A DNA stretch of 64,000 bases from Flaccisagitta enflata (lineage: Eukaryota). Each line of letters opens with the position of its first letter. Position 1 is the stretch's first letter. Below are positions 12,291 through 26,150 of the stretch, piece by piece. Where the stretch lies: positions 44,640,001-44,704,000 of the forward strand of contig OZ231126.1 in assembly GCA_965153355.1 (NCBI GenBank), read 5' to 3'. The notes beneath the pieces were generated by a model, which saw only the letters and a list, made by a program, of their open reading frames with translations, made no database searches and was not told where the DNA came from. The position numbers and the translations under genes were made by a program.

Positions 12291-13359
12291 ACCGGTTGTG
12301 ATTTAAGATATGATTGATTTTTTTAGTTTACTTAATATTTTTCGTAATTTTCATGGGTCACGGTACAACACGATGTGACTTTTTTTCAAAAGAAAATGTT
12401 TAAGATTAGACAGTTGCAACTAATCAAGTGAAAATTGCAACCAAGACCAACTTCCAGTTGAATGATTGTGTCCAATTTATCCATTTTATGGACCCGCCTG
12501 AGAATAAACGAAACGAAACCAAAGAATCTGCCAATTTCTTTAAAGAATAAGTAATTTCATATCTAAAATACGATAAGCAAAGGGGAAACACGAACTTAAT
12601 TTTACCCTTGTTGTTGTAATCTTAAATGCCGAAGACCGTTTTGATAATCCCCTCTGTCGTTCACCTATACATCTCGCTTTTTCTGTCGTAAATACTAGGC
12701 TAAATTTAGCCCCATTTTCGAAGTTAAATCCATTTCGTTTCTGGTTTGTATTTTGTAACAGGAATGTAGAAAATGTCTCAGCATTAATTTGCGCAAATAT
12801 TTATACTTTTCTCAAGGCTAGGGAAGCTTATTTTTTAATGACTGATGAAATTTGAGCACTGTAACTGGGTACCACTTCTTTGTTATTGTCGTTTCCAACA
12901 ATTTCTCTGATGGAATTGAAAAACAAATACATGAAAGCGTAGTTCCATCGACGTTTGTTTAAAAGACTTTATCTTGCTTGCTTATCCCCACATGGTCATT
13001 AACTTTTTTTTTTGCCTACTATCGAATTTAGGGTCAAACTGTGGGATGTTTCTTCGGTGCCTCAGAACAACCAATCTGCATCTTCAAGAGGGATGAATTA
13101 GGACAGTTGCAATAATGGAAGCATGCCAAACACTCCATCCTTCTCGTTTCCCTTTCGACATGATTTTTCCTTCTCCTCATGTCCTTTATCAGCGTCTTTT
13201 TCTTTTTTTTTCAATTTCTTTCTCCATTTTGTTCTCTCTTTCCTATGTATCTTCTTTCCTTCATTCTTTCTTTCATTTTCTTTCTTTCTTGTGATCTTTC
13301 TTCCTTTCCTTTTTTCATTCCTGCTTTCTCTTTCCTTTCTTCCTATCTTTCTTCCTATC

Positions 13360-13517
13360 TTTCTTTCTTCCTTCCTTCCTTCCTTCCTTCCTTCCTTCCT
13401 TCCTTCCTTCCTTCCTTCCTTCCTTCCTTCCTTCCTTCATTCCTTCCTTCCTTCCTTCCTTCCTTCCTTCCCTCCTTCCTTCCCTCTTTCTTTCTTTCTT
13501 TCTTTCTTTCTTTTATT

Positions 13518-13564
<47 letters not shown>

Positions 13565-13611
13565 CTCTTTCTTTCTTTCTTTCTTTCTTCCTTTCTTTCT
13601 TTTTTCTTTTT

Positions 13612-13681
<70 letters not shown>

Positions 13682-13794
13682 TTTCTTCCTCATTTCCGTC
13701 CTTAATTTGATTCTTCTCTTCTCTTCTCTCTTTCTTCTAAGGTTTCTTTCTAAAAAAAATTCTTTCCTTACTCTTTCATTCAAACTTTCCTTCC

Positions 13795-13858
<64 letters not shown>

Positions 13859-13900
13859 TTTTCCTTTTTTCCTTTTTTTCTTTTTTTCTTTATCTCTTTC

Positions 13901-13964
<64 letters not shown>

Positions 13965-13968
13965 ATTT

Positions 13969-14040
<72 letters not shown>

Positions 14041-14050
14041 TTTTTCTTTC
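13360..14050 (+). repeat. (CCTT)n/(CTTT)n polypyrimidine microsatellite region
   Basis: Directly visible. Confidence 0.95.
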
Positions 14051-14370
14051 TTGCTTTCTTCCTTTCCTCCTTTCTCTCTTTCTTTCCATCTTTCTCCCTC
14101 AGCTCAACACGTGTTTAATGCTTTTTACTCTTTCGTGAGGCAATTACCGCCTTGTTGGGTCATCTTCTTAACCATTCTTATACCAACAGATTTCTGCTCC
14201 GTCTTCAATTATCACATGTATGATCTTGGGTGGCGAACGTGTTTGCGTTTGAATATGGTCGTTCTTTGCCTCTTTCTCTCCCTCAATATCTGCCTCTTTA
14301 TTGTTCTCTCTCTCTCTCGCTGTTTTCTTCTCTCCTTTCTTTTTTGTTTCTTTCTCTGTTTGTCTGTCAC

Positions 14371-14472
<102 letters not shown>

Positions 14473-14514
14473 TCTCTCGTGTCGTTGTAACATCCGGGGT
14501 TTTTCGCTGTACCA

Positions 14515-14559
14515 AGGTCAAAGATTCACCCTGAGTTGACCTCCGCAGGTCAGAGGTCA
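14515..14559. promoter_or_regulatory. Cluster of four perfect nuclear-receptor half-sites, including a perfect DR1
   Basis: AGGTCA 14515-14520 (as CCAAGGTCA), TGACCT 14537-14542, AGGTCA-G-AGGTCA 14547-14559. Confidence 0.4.
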
Positions 14560-14632
14560 AGATCCCAGAAGCAAATGCAGAAAAATCCGTAGTACAACCA
14601 ACACGAATAATGAGAACAAGGAAATAAGGGAA

Positions 14633-14705
<73 letters not shown>

Positions 14706-15153
14706 CGGCAATGTTAACCCTTTTTTTCCAGGCCCATCCATTCTTCTGTCTGTTAGTCAAAGTTGAAAGGAAAAAAAAGTTGTACCCCAGATAATGAGGC
14801 AATTTCTTAACACCAAGGAAAAAAGGTAGGGTAATGAAAGGTAAAACGGCCAAGAGGGGAGGGACCGGAGAGTGAGGGAGGCAGAGGAGGAAGCGAAGGA
14901 AGAGGAAAAAAGTCAAGGTGATCGGGGAAAGGAGGAAGAATAAGTTTTTCTTTTTTGGATCCGGAGAGGAAAGAAGGAAAGAAGAAAATGGGAGGTTAAG
15001 GACGAGGTTAAAGAGACCGTTGAGAGAAGTAAAAGAGAAACGGTGAGACACGAACCAGGACCTGAGCCGCTCACGATTTTGGAACCAACCAACATACACT
15101 TGTCCGTGCCATCATTTTTCTTGCTTTTCTTTCTTCAATGTTTTTTCTTTCCT

Positions 15154-15257
<104 letters not shown>

Positions 15258-15519
15258 TGCTTTCTTTCTTTCTTTCTTTGCTTTCTCTCTTTCTTTCTTT
15301 CTTTCTTTCTTTCTTTGCTTTCTTTCTTTCTTTCTTTGCTTTCTCTCTTTCTTTCTTTCTTTCTTTCTTCGCTTTCTTTCTTTCTTTCTTTATTTCTTCC
15401 TTTGCTTTTTTTTTTTCTTTTCTTTTCTTTTCTTTTCTTTTCTTTTCTTTTCTTTTCTTTTCTTTTCTTTTCTTTTCTTGTCTTTTCTTTCCTTCCCTTT
15501 TCTTTCCTATTCTTTCCTT

Positions 15520-16022
15520 TTGGGCAGCGGCCCCAAAGGGGCCGATGACCTATGCTTTCACATATGCAGAAATTTCTCCTCCTTCTCCTCCTTCTTCTAC
15601 ATACCCCCCTCCAGGCCTCGCGATCCGAATTCTGCCAAATTCCGCCAAATCTAGCCAAATTCTGCCTAATTTTGCCAAATTCTGCCAAATTTTGCCAAAT
15701 TCGGCCCCTTTTGCAAAAATCCTGGCCTTGAGGCCCAAATCCCTGCCTTGAAGCCCTAATTTCAGCCTTGAGGTCCAGATCCCAGCCTTGAAGCCCAAAA
15801 CCCAGCCTTGAAGCCCAAAACCCAGCCTTGTGGCCAAAAACCAAGCCTTGAAGCCCAGAACTCAGCCTTGAAGCTCAAAACCCAGCCTTGAAGCCCAAAT
15901 CCCAGCCTTACAGCACAAATTCCAGAAACTCTTCGAGGCTGCTGCCCCACTAACTACCTCACATCCACATAAACTCACATCGGGGCAACGGGCACCGCTA
16001 ACCATCTAACGCTTTTGCGACT
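15520..16022 (+). mobile_element. Interspersed element family C
   Basis: GGGCAGCGGCCCCAAAGGGGCCG hairpin start, 10-bp and 20-bp internal tandem repeats, and a shared 3' end ACCGCTAACCATCTAACGCTTTTGCGACT (also at about 60646-60676). Confidence 0.75.
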
Positions 16023-18203
16023 ATTCTTTCTTTCTTTCTTTCTTTGTGCCTTTCTATCTTTGTGCCTTTCTTTCTTGCTTCATTTCCTTTCCTTTCCTTT
16101 CTTACGTTGTGTGGCGCGCCTACGCACCTTTGGCTCTGCCCGCACTGTTTTGTCCCCACGATCTTGTCCGCACTATCTTGGCCTGTGTATCCGGCCACTC
16201 TTGTTCGCTCTTTCATCTTGTATGTTTATTCCTCCAAACAACAGAAAGCGACAATGTTGCAATGCTTACCATCGGCACTCTTATAATTATTCAAAAGTTC
16301 TTTATCATTGCCATTACTCCTTGGGCCTTAACCATCCTGTCTACCTTATCCTTCCCAGTTCAATCTCTTCCGACTTGAGACCTTTTTCTTAACTTCTTTC
16401 CTTTCTCCCTATTCACCGTCCTTCCTTCCTTCCGTCTAGGCTTCCATCCTCTTTCCCACCTCATCCACAATTCTTCCTTCTTTTATTCGACCCTTCCTTC
16501 CTTCCTTCCTTCGTTCTCTCATTCATTCTTTCCCCCATTCGTCCTTTCTTCCTTCCTTCCTTCCTTCCTTCCTTCCTTCCTTTCTTTCTTCCTTCCTTCC
16601 TTCCTTTCTTCCTTCCTTCCTTCCTTCCTTCCTTCCTTCCTTCCTTCCTTCCTTCCTTTCTTCCTTCCTTTCTTCCTTCTTCCCCCAATTCGTCCTTTCT
16701 TCCTTCCTTTTTTTCTCCTTTCCTTCCTTCCTTTCATTCCTTTTTCCTTCAAAAAACCTCGTCTTTCCTTTCCTCGCCTTCCCAATTCCATCTTATTCCA
16801 CCGGCGACCTTTTTCCTCCATGAAAGTGATTGCCTCTCAATTTATGTTGATGACGATTGACGATTGTTGCTCTACCTTTTGCTCGTTTTGTTTCCTTTTT
16901 CCTCTTCTTCTTTGATACGGTTCCTTTATTTCGTATTCTGCAAACGTAACCCAAGCGGTAGAGTCAACGTCGTGCGTGTATGAGCTCCGGTCCTAGTACA
17001 CTTGTTCCAACAAAAGGAGGAAGCAAAAATCGTATGATTTCCATTCTTCCTTGCTTTGATTTAGTTTGTTTGTTTGTTTGTTTGTTTGTTTGTTTGTTTG
17101 TTAATTTGTTTGTTTGTTTGTTTGTTGACTCAACAATGTTGAGTCATTGTCTGCACCCCCGCTTTGGCTGCTCGTGCCCCCTAAACAAATTTGATGAGAC
17201 ATCTTTTTTTTTTGTTATCTTTTTATGAACTTCCCCCCTAAAACAATTCCGTCATCTTACATTGTTTTCGAAATCAATTTCCTCCAACAATTCAGTTTGA
17301 TAAGGTTTCAAACACCTTACCTCCACCCCTTGATCAAAGTTTCCAACCATTTCAACTACCTCACCATCTTTACTCATCATATCTACTACAGTTCATCTCC
17401 CGACTAGCTTTTAACCAGCTCACCATATCCACATGACTTTCTTCTCTAAATAATGAAATCGCCTCACCCTCCTATTTGATCATCTCCTCTCGACAATATC
17501 AACCATCTCACCTTCCTCACCATACCCATCTCTCCCAAACCAACCATCCATTACACTTTCCTCTTTAAAACAGCTGTTCCATAAAATTCATCAAATTGTT
17601 TACCTTATCCAACAAATGAACCAGTTCGCCTCCCTCCCTTTCCATAATTGATCACCTCCCGCCAGCATCTCGACCACCTCTCCCACCTCACATGATCAAC
17701 TCTCTCCAACATCCTTAACCACCTCACCTACCCCACTGAATTGTCTCGCCCCATCAATTCAATCAGCTCGCCTCCCTCCCTTTTCCTTCATTGATAACCC
17801 CCACAAATGCTTTAACCACCTCATCTACCCCACATGATCATCTCTGCCCAACCGATTCAACCGTAACCTTCATGATCTGATCATCTCTCCCTCCAACCGT
17901 TCATTTACCTCACGTAACCCCACCTAACTTGACCATCTTTCCCCATCGATTCATCTACCGCACCATACTAAATTGATCACCTCCCCCAACAATTCAACCA
18001 TCTCACCAGTCGGCAACCCCCAGTCCAAAACTATTTCAACCATCTCACCCACCCCACCTGATCATCTCGCCCCAACCATTTCAACCATCTCACCCACCCC
18101 ACTTGATCATCTCTCCCTAACCATTTCAACCATCCCACCCACTCCACTTGATCGTCTCTCCACAACCATTTTAACCATCTCACCCATCCCACTTGATCAT
18201 CTC

Positions 18204-19567
18204 GGGGGAAGCGCCTGAAAGCTAAATTGTTCCAGTGGCCTGATGTCTAAAAATGATTTTGGCCTGAGAGCTAAAAAAAATTTTTAGCTTTGAGGCCAAT
18301 TTGAATCTTAAATCATTGGCATAGTTTGAAAGTCTAAATGCGCCTGACAGCTAAAAAGTAAGCGCCTGATGTCTAAAAAAGAGGAAGGCATTGAGAAACA
18401 TATAAAAAAACAGATATGAGAAATAGAGATGGATGGATTGATAGACCAAGGGAGCAACAGATAAACAAGAGGACAAAGTGTCTGATGATCAATAGTCTGC
18501 GTTAAAAACACAAAAGAAATCATAAAGTGCAATAGATGGTAGAGCATGCACCAGCAATAGTAAATTCAAATAAAGACAATTTGTAAATAAAACAAAATAC
18601 TAATTACTGTTTGTTGATATAGAGTATGTTTTTGCCCCCGACAAACAGTTTTCGTCGGTGGACTATGAAGTGGACCTAGGTTTTGTAATGCAACATATCT
18701 CTGATCCTCAGCATTATAGCAAGATGTGGATTGCACTGTTGGATAGAGCATGATAAACTATATTTTTTTTAGTTTTTCTGATATCATAATGCATCACGAC
18801 ATATCTTTACCACAATGCCAATAAACACCCTGATGTCTGCAACATCTGTCTGATCCTACCTTTTTAGTCGCGGACAAGCGACTCTATAAGAGGCTTTGTC
18901 CGTCCGTCCGTCGGTCGGTCGGTCGGTTGGTTGGTTGGTTGGTTGGTCCGTCACGCTCGAGTCGAAAAGTGGGAAAACACGCATTTCCGCCCCTGCCCAC
19001 CCGTCCGCGACTGGTATTGGCCGTGTATCCGGCCTTGTTAAAGTATAAGAAGGTTCAATTATTCAATTGATAAACATTCAAGGGGCTTTCCTGTGATTTT
19101 CTGCCATCAATACATGCCCGTCTATTATGTATACTAATTGCTGTCCTTTAAGAGACTTCATAATTTTCTTTTTGAATTAGATAAAAGGCAGCTTCACTGA
19201 AAGACATAAAATTGCATGGTTCCTTAAAATGCCCTTTAGTGAAGCTCAACTGTACTGTCTATCTAAACAATAATATCAGCAAATAAGACATGTGTAAAAA
19301 GGTGAAATTTGATTTGTGTATTGTTTCAAATGACGCTTTAGACCTTTCTTATTCCTTTTCTATCATTCTCTTCCTTAATCTTTTTTTAGATCTTAGGCCA
19401 ATCATTGAGAGAAATGTTAGAACTGAGGCCACTTTTTCTGACAAAATTTGTAGAAATAAAATGCTTCAAAATTGGCTGCAAAGCTAAAAAAATATTTTAG
19501 CTCTCAGGCCAATCTGTCATGAAAAAATTTTAGCTGTTAGGCGCTTTAGCTGTGGGGAGATACACCC
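18204..19567. mobile_element. Non-autonomous DNA transposon with 9-bp TSD (MULE-like), containing a HINE copy
   Basis: GATCATCTC duplicated at 18195-18203 and 19568-19576; GGG/CCC termini; inverted subterminal GCCTGA(A/G)AGCTAAA motifs at both ends. Confidence 0.7.
18865..19039 (+). mobile_element. HINE/DINE-1-like element, family A (short)
   Basis: After a T-run: TAGTCGCGGACAAGCGACT hairpin, GTCC/GTCG/GTTG microsatellite, CCGTCCGCGACT subTIR, GGCCGTGTATCCGGCC hairpin, then TTGTT. Confidence 0.8.
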
Positions 19568-20196
19568 GATCATCTCTCCCCAACCATTTCAACCATCTCA
19601 CCCACCCCACTTGATCATCTCTCCCCAACCATTTCAACCATCTCATCCACCACACTTGATCATCTCTCCCTAACCATTTCAACCATCTCACCCACCACAC
19701 TTGATAATCTCTCCCCCACTATTTCAACCATCTCACCCACCACCACTTGATCATCTCTCCCCAACCATTTCAACCATCTCACCCATCCCACTTGATTATC
19801 TCTCCCCAACCATTTCAACCATCTCACCCATCCCACTTGATCATCTCTCCCCAACTATTTCAACCATCTCACCCACCCCACTTGATCATCTCTCCCCAAC
19901 CATTTCAACCATCTCACCCATCCCACTTGATCATCTCTCCCCAACCATTTCAACCATCTCACCCACCCCACTTGATCATCTCTCCCCAACCATTTCAACC
20001 ATCTCACCCACCCCACTTGATCATCTCTCCCCAACCATTTCAACCATCTCACCCACCCCACTTGATCATCTCTCCCACGCTTCGTGGGGCATAAACGAGG
20101 AAAAAGAGGATTTTTTTCAGCTGAGAGAACGTCACGCAGAATATTTCGGGAAAATCAAAGAAACACAAGACTGAGGATGCGCTTGAAAGGGAAAGT

Positions 20197-20293
<97 letters not shown>

Positions 20294-20345
20294 AGAGAGA
20301 GAAAAGAGCAATCTCTTCCAATCTTTCAGGAATTTTTTTGGTACG

Positions 20346-20439
<94 letters not shown>

Positions 20440-21614
20440 CTCTCTCTCATGGGTGAGTTGTTGTCGCTTCAAAAACATGAAGAAAATTCCACCGGAAATT
20501 CGGGTATCTCTCTACCGTCTACTCGCTGAGGCGGTGGAAGCGTCTGTTGCAGCGGCAGCGGCATTAGTGGTGGGGGTGGCGGTGGTGGTGGCAGTGGAGG
20601 AAGTGGTGGCAGTGGGGGTGATGGTGGCTGCGATGACGACGGTGACGGTGGTGTTTACGGTGCAAAATGCATCGGTAAAACTGAGGAAGGAAAGATCATA
20701 ATTTGTTCGACAGAAGATATATCTGAAAGGCTACGTAGGCTGGTTGGATAACAGTGCAAGTACATCTGCCGGCTATATCAATGTAGTTCACTTCACTTAC
20801 TACTACTGTACTAGTGAGTAAGCTACTAGTGGGGTGCAGGTCATCGCTTCTCGACTGTCTGAAAAAATTAAAGCAAGATAATTTCTAATCTGACGTCTTG
20901 TTATTTGGGCGAAAATGGAATTGCAGATTCCCCATACCACCAGTTGCCCGATAACACCAGTTAGAACTCTAAAGACCAAAGGCTTTTGTCCTTTTCTACG
21001 CAGTTTTGGTTTGGTTGTAATGCTGTCCATTTCATAACCCTATTAACTGTCTCTATTCTCAATGCCAATTCTGAAGGTGGTAAAAATGGATGTGGTGGTG
21101 ATTTTCGAAGAAGTGACGATGGTTCGGCTTTGAATGCGGCTAAAATCAAAAGCCGTGACTGAATCTCTTTTCGTTGAGTAAAAAATTCGAGGATGGAGCC
21201 AATTGAGGGGGGAAAAAGGTGATCATCAGATGGAACCACGGGAGCGAGGGAAGGGAGAGAAGGGGTAAGGAAGAAGTGAGTTGGACAAAATAATCACAGC
21301 GACTTGTTTATTGAGAGGAGGAGCAAGAAAATAACAAATGAATATGCTGACGTTTAGGCATCAGGCGGAAAATCGAAGTAAAACGGCTGCTTTTGTTGTC
21401 AGTAATTACGCAGGGGTTATTGTGGCATCTATTTGAACCTAAAACAAAAAAACGTTCAATGATGACTAGCTGAGAAGTAGAGGGGTGGTAGGATCAAAAA
21501 CGTATACCAAAATGAATCGGGGTAGATAAAAGACAAATAATGCAGGGAAAAGGAAATAGAAATAGGCGAAAACTGGAAGCGGCGGCACAAACGCATCACA
21601 CAAATTCAGGAGCG

Positions 21615-21649
<35 letters not shown>

Positions 21650-21821
21650 ATCGGAAGCGGTTGCAGCGACGGCGGCGGAAGGTAAACAAAAAAGCCAAAT
21701 CTACTTCAGAAGTGGAAGGAAAATGATATTCAGAGAAATCAAGATTCAAACAAACGAACAACAAACCAGAAGAAGAGAATTTTTATGCAAACAAGCTGAG
21801 ATGAGGGCTTTAGATGTAAGG

Positions 21822-21948
<127 letters not shown>

Positions 21949-22265
21949 TTTTCAGTCTCTTTAAAATTTCCGTTTGGAGATACTTGATTCCTCTTTCTTT
22001 TTGACTGAACACTGTACAGTGAAAAGAGAATCATTTTCTAGGAATGCTGCTCTATCTTAAGATGGCGTCCCGTAAAGAAGTCCAGATTCTGCAGAGTGAT
22101 GGAGAAGCGTTTTTTGCAAGATGCACAGCCAACACCAATCAGTCATGGACACTGGACAGATGGGCAGGGGCGGATATGCGCGTTTTTACTCTTTCCCCCA
22201 TCCAGCATTACGGACTGAACGACGATTGAAGAAAGGGATGGATAGACCAACAGTTTCTGAAGTTT

Positions 22266-22555
22266 TTAGGTACGTCCGTCAGAAACGCATCTCTATAAGA
22301 GGGTCTGTCCGTCCATTGGGCCGTCCGTCCATGATGCTTGTGCAAAAACCGCGTTTCGCGGCTGTTTTTGGCCACGGTGAATAGCTGCACTGAGTCAAAT
22401 TATGCACTAACGTGTTTTAAGAGGCTCTTTTGCTATTCTGTCGTTTTATCTGTCTGTTCGTCCATCTGTCCCTCTGTATATGTCACATGTTTAGCGCCAT
22501 ATTCAATACACGCAAAGACAGACTCCGAAAGCATCGTTGCCTGGTCGGGCTTGTT
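22266..22555 (+). mobile_element. HINE-like element, family B
   Basis: Homologous to 10046-10336; CGCATCTCTATAAGAGGGTCTGTCCGTCC near the start and GCATCGTTGCCTGGTCGGGCTTGTT at the end. Confidence 0.7.
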
Positions 22556-22750
22556 ATTTCTCAATTTAAGTTTTGCTTCTCAGCGCTTGATGATTAAGGG
22601 TCAAACCATCACTAATGTCCTTTCCTGTTTTGACATAAGTGAAGCAGAACAAATTCAAAGTTCCTCTCAGGATCCTAGTCTGCTGTCTCTGCCTGTGTCT
22701 GCGCCTGTGCCCGTATCTGTGCCAGTGTCTGTCTCTGCGTCCGTCAGTCT

Positions 22751-22862
<112 letters not shown>

Positions 22863-22890
22863 CTACCGTGTTCCCTCCTCACTACTTTTT

Positions 22891-23935
22891 TAGATGCGTC
22901 CTCGCATCTCTATAAGAGGGTCTGTCCGTCCGTATGTCCGTCCGTCCGTCCGTCCGTTACCCCTTTTCCAAAAATCCCACAAACCATCTCAAATCAATCA
23001 CCAACCACCCCCAATCATTTTTAGATGCGTCCTCGCATCTCTATAAGAGGGTCTGTCCGTCCGTATGTCCGTCCGTCCGTCCGTCCGTTACCCCTTTTCC
23101 AAAAATCCCACAAACCATCTCAAATCAATCACCAACCACCCCCAATCATTTTTAGATGCGTCCTCGCATCTCTATAAGAGGGTCTGTCCGTCCGTATGTC
23201 CGTCCGTCCGTCCGTCCGTTACCCCTTTTCCAAAAATCCCACAAACCATCTCAAATCAATCACCAACCACCCCCAATCATTTTTAGATGCGTCCTCGCAT
23301 CTCTATAAGAGGGTCTGTCCGTCCGTATGTCCGTCCGTCCGTCCGTCCGTTACCCCTTTTCCAAAAATCCCACAAACCATCTCAAATCAATCACCAACCA
23401 CCCCCAATCATTTTTAGATGCGTCCTCGCATCTCTATAAGAGGGTCTGTCCGTCCGTATGTCCGTCCGTCCGTCCGTCCGTTACCCCTTTTCCAAAAATC
23501 CCACAAACCATCTCAAATCAATCACCAACCACCCCCAATCATTTTTAGATGCGTCCTCGCATCTCTATAAGAGGGTCTGTCCGTCCGTATGTCCGTCCGT
23601 CCGTTACCCCTTTTCCAAAAATCCCACAAACCATCTCAAATCAATCACCAACCACCCCCAATCATTTTTAGATGCGTCCTCGCATCTCTATAAGAGGGTC
23701 TGTCCGTCCGTATGTCCGTCCGTCCGTTACCCCTTTTCCAAAAATCCCACAAACCATCTCAAATCAATCACCAACCACCCCCAATCATTTTTAGATGCGT
23801 CCTCGCATCTCTATAAGAGGGTCTGTCCGTCCGTATGTCCATCCGTCCGTTACCCCTTTTCCAAAAATCCCACAAACCATCTCAATTCAATCACCAACCA
23901 ACCCCATTCATTTTTAGATGCGTCCTCGCATCTCT
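22891..23935 (+). repeat. Tandem array of 8 units (5 x 131 bp, 3 x 123 bp) plus a partial unit, built from the 5' end of a family-B HINE-like element
   Basis: Unit starts (TAGATGCGTCCTCGCATCTCT) at 22891, 23022, 23153, 23284, 23415, 23546, 23669, 23792 and 23915. A matching 3' end GGACGCATCGTTGCCCTATTGGGCTTGTT lies at about 24354-24384. Confidence 0.93.
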
Positions 23936-25421
23936 TGAGTTGTGCCATTTTTGTCATTTTATGGATCTTGCCCCCATCCCTCTCACTTCCAGAATTCAAT
24001 TTTTTTCAAATCAATCCTTTTGCATTCCCCTTATAAACTTCATCAAAGTTTTGTTACTGTGCCTAATATGTACTCACTCATTCGTTTCAAAAAAATATTT
24101 TTCATCCTTTGCTTCTTTACTTTTGTGTCTTAGTATTTTTGAAATCATGTCAATAAAAAGTCTTTTAAAGCGCAATAAAAAAGCTCTAAGATCAGCACTG
24201 CAATATGCAAAACACATCAAAGCAGTGATCTCATAACTTCATCAAGATTATCAGTTAATATAGCTTACTGTCGTAATATCTCATTGTATATTTCAAAGAT
24301 ATATCTATAAATCCAGTCACAACCCCAAAATTTCCTCCATCCAGAGCACAGCTAGGACGCATCGTTGCCCTATTGGGCTTGTTTTTCAATCTCCTGCGTC
24401 GTCCGTTTCTAGTTGTTGGTTTCCCTCTCTCTTTGAAAGATTGCAATATTTCCCAAAGCGGTTTTGAAGGGGTTAACCTTTCCCTCACCTTTCTGTCAGC
24501 GACGAAGCCTTGATTTCTTACAAACGGGGACCAACGAAGCAGAAGGAGAAGAAGAAGAAGAAGAGGGAGACGTGAAAGAACGAAAAAAAAGGAAGGAAAA
24601 TGGAAAGGAAAGTGAAAGAAAAGTGAAAGGAAAGTGAAGATAAGAAGAGAGGTGGGAGACAGATAACAACGCGGTAGATTCTGTTGTGCCTGTGGGGAAG
24701 ACATGGGAATGAGATGGGTAGCAATCTAGGGACAATGTGGGAAAGATATGGCGGGTGTAGAGAGGTACAATTGAGGTCCAGAATGGGGATGGAACTGAGT
24801 TTAGGAATGATTGTCATGGACATGGATTTGGTACGTAGGTAGATCGAAAAATTAAGTCACGAAATTGAGTGAGAGGTATGTTGGGATGGTAGAAATGAGT
24901 GGGAAGGAATGGAGATTGAGAGAGAAAATCTGTAAGCAAAAACCACTATAAAACCATATAAAAGCATATAAAAGCATATCACTGACAGGTCGTTGGCCCA
25001 TCCGCCAGACTTGAAACCAATTAAAAGGTGGAGAGGGACGTTAAAAAGTGGAAATGAGGGTGTTTGTGAGTGGGAAACTTTGTTGTCAAGCTGTCACTTT
25101 GGTGTCACGTCAAAGGAAAAGCGTTTTGCAATATAATCTTCCCACAGCTGGCAGTCCTGCGCCGAAAGGTCCTTGCAGGTCTTCGTCTTCTTCCTTTATG
25201 AAATAGAAATTCACGCCGACGTCTCTTCGTTTTCACGCATTGATGTACATGCCCACAGTGATTCACGGGACGTGCGGTCTCACTGTGCCGTGCGACTGTG
25301 CCCACAGCGATCCCTGTGACTATGTGGTGAAAGCTCAAAGCGATACACATGCCTTGGAAATATTGCTTAGAAGGATTAATCAATCGTCCACCTGACGTGT
25401 ATAACTGTCTACATGTGTGTT

Positions 25422-25570
25422 TAAGTCGAGGACAAGCGACTCTATTTGAGGCTTTGTCGGTCCGTTGGTCCGTTGGTCTATCCGTTGGTCCGTGATGATC
25501 GAGTTCGAAAGTGTGTTCGTATTTCTGCTCCTGCCCACCCGTCCGCGACTGGTATTGGCCGTGTATCCGG
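25422..25570 (+). mobile_element. HINE/DINE-1-like element, family A (short)
   Basis: Same modules as 18865-19039. Confidence 0.7.
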
Positions 25571-25752
25571 TGAAACCGACGAATGCTAAAATTACATAAA
25601 AATAAAAGTATCGTCGGTGTAGCGGAAATAAGCGGCAATTTGACAAGTCCCTAAACAAGTGATGAAAATAGATAAAAGCAGTTCTATACTCCTTTTTGTA
25701 GATATTCATGGATCTTTTTTTGAAAAAATGTAGACATTAGGTACGATGCAGG

Positions 25753-26150
25753 AAGGTAAGGTAAGGCTTTAGCGCCCCTAGGCGAACTCCAGTTCGCATT
25801 GCGGGGGCCTCGTGTCTCATTCCCTTTTGTATAGTAGGTTTTTTTTTCGTTTCATCTCCACTAACAGAGTTCCATTTTTTTTGATACTATACATCATTTT
25901 GGATACCTCGTTTCCATCCGTCATAAGATGCCTTAAACCCGTTGACAGTGTTTTTTTTTTCCTCACTTCGACTGGAATCTTGTTCCAGACATTTGCTGAA
26001 AAATGATTGGACTAAAGACAGATACGCATAATTGAACTTGATTGATATGCTCCCTGATCGTGATGGAATGATTCATGACAACTTAACCACTCCTTATATT
26101 TTTCCCTTCAATCAGAAGATCGCTCGTTGAAAGATAATTTTAGTACCCTA
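25753..26150 (-). mobile_element. Degenerate 3' fragment of a CR1/L2-group LINE
   Basis: The minus strand reads FFSANVWNKIPVEVRKK.TVNGFKASYDGW (with a frameshift), resembling the CR1-group ORF2 C-terminus, and ends in a short CCTTA-repeat tail. The upstream boundary is uncertain. Confidence 0.55.

Larger units (their letters stand above)
17400..20078 (+). repeat. 45-bp minisatellite (CACTTGATCATCTCTCCCCAACCATTTCAACCATCTCACCCACCC), degenerate on the left and homogeneous on the right, split by an insertion
   Basis: 45-bp period seen directly (identical text at 19861 and 20041); 15-aa period in ORF 19701..20174. Confidence 0.9.

Noticed and set aside
20460..21690. GC-rich segments (Thr/Ala-rich frame at about 20510-20680 on the minus strand; GGC run at about 21610-21680) as coding exons
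   Set aside because: Low complexity, no recognisable domain, and no consistent partner exons.
22891..23935. CRISPR-like array (regularly spaced palindromic repeat)
   Set aside because: The spacers are identical rather than unique, the context is eukaryotic with no cas genes, and the unit matches a dispersed element end.
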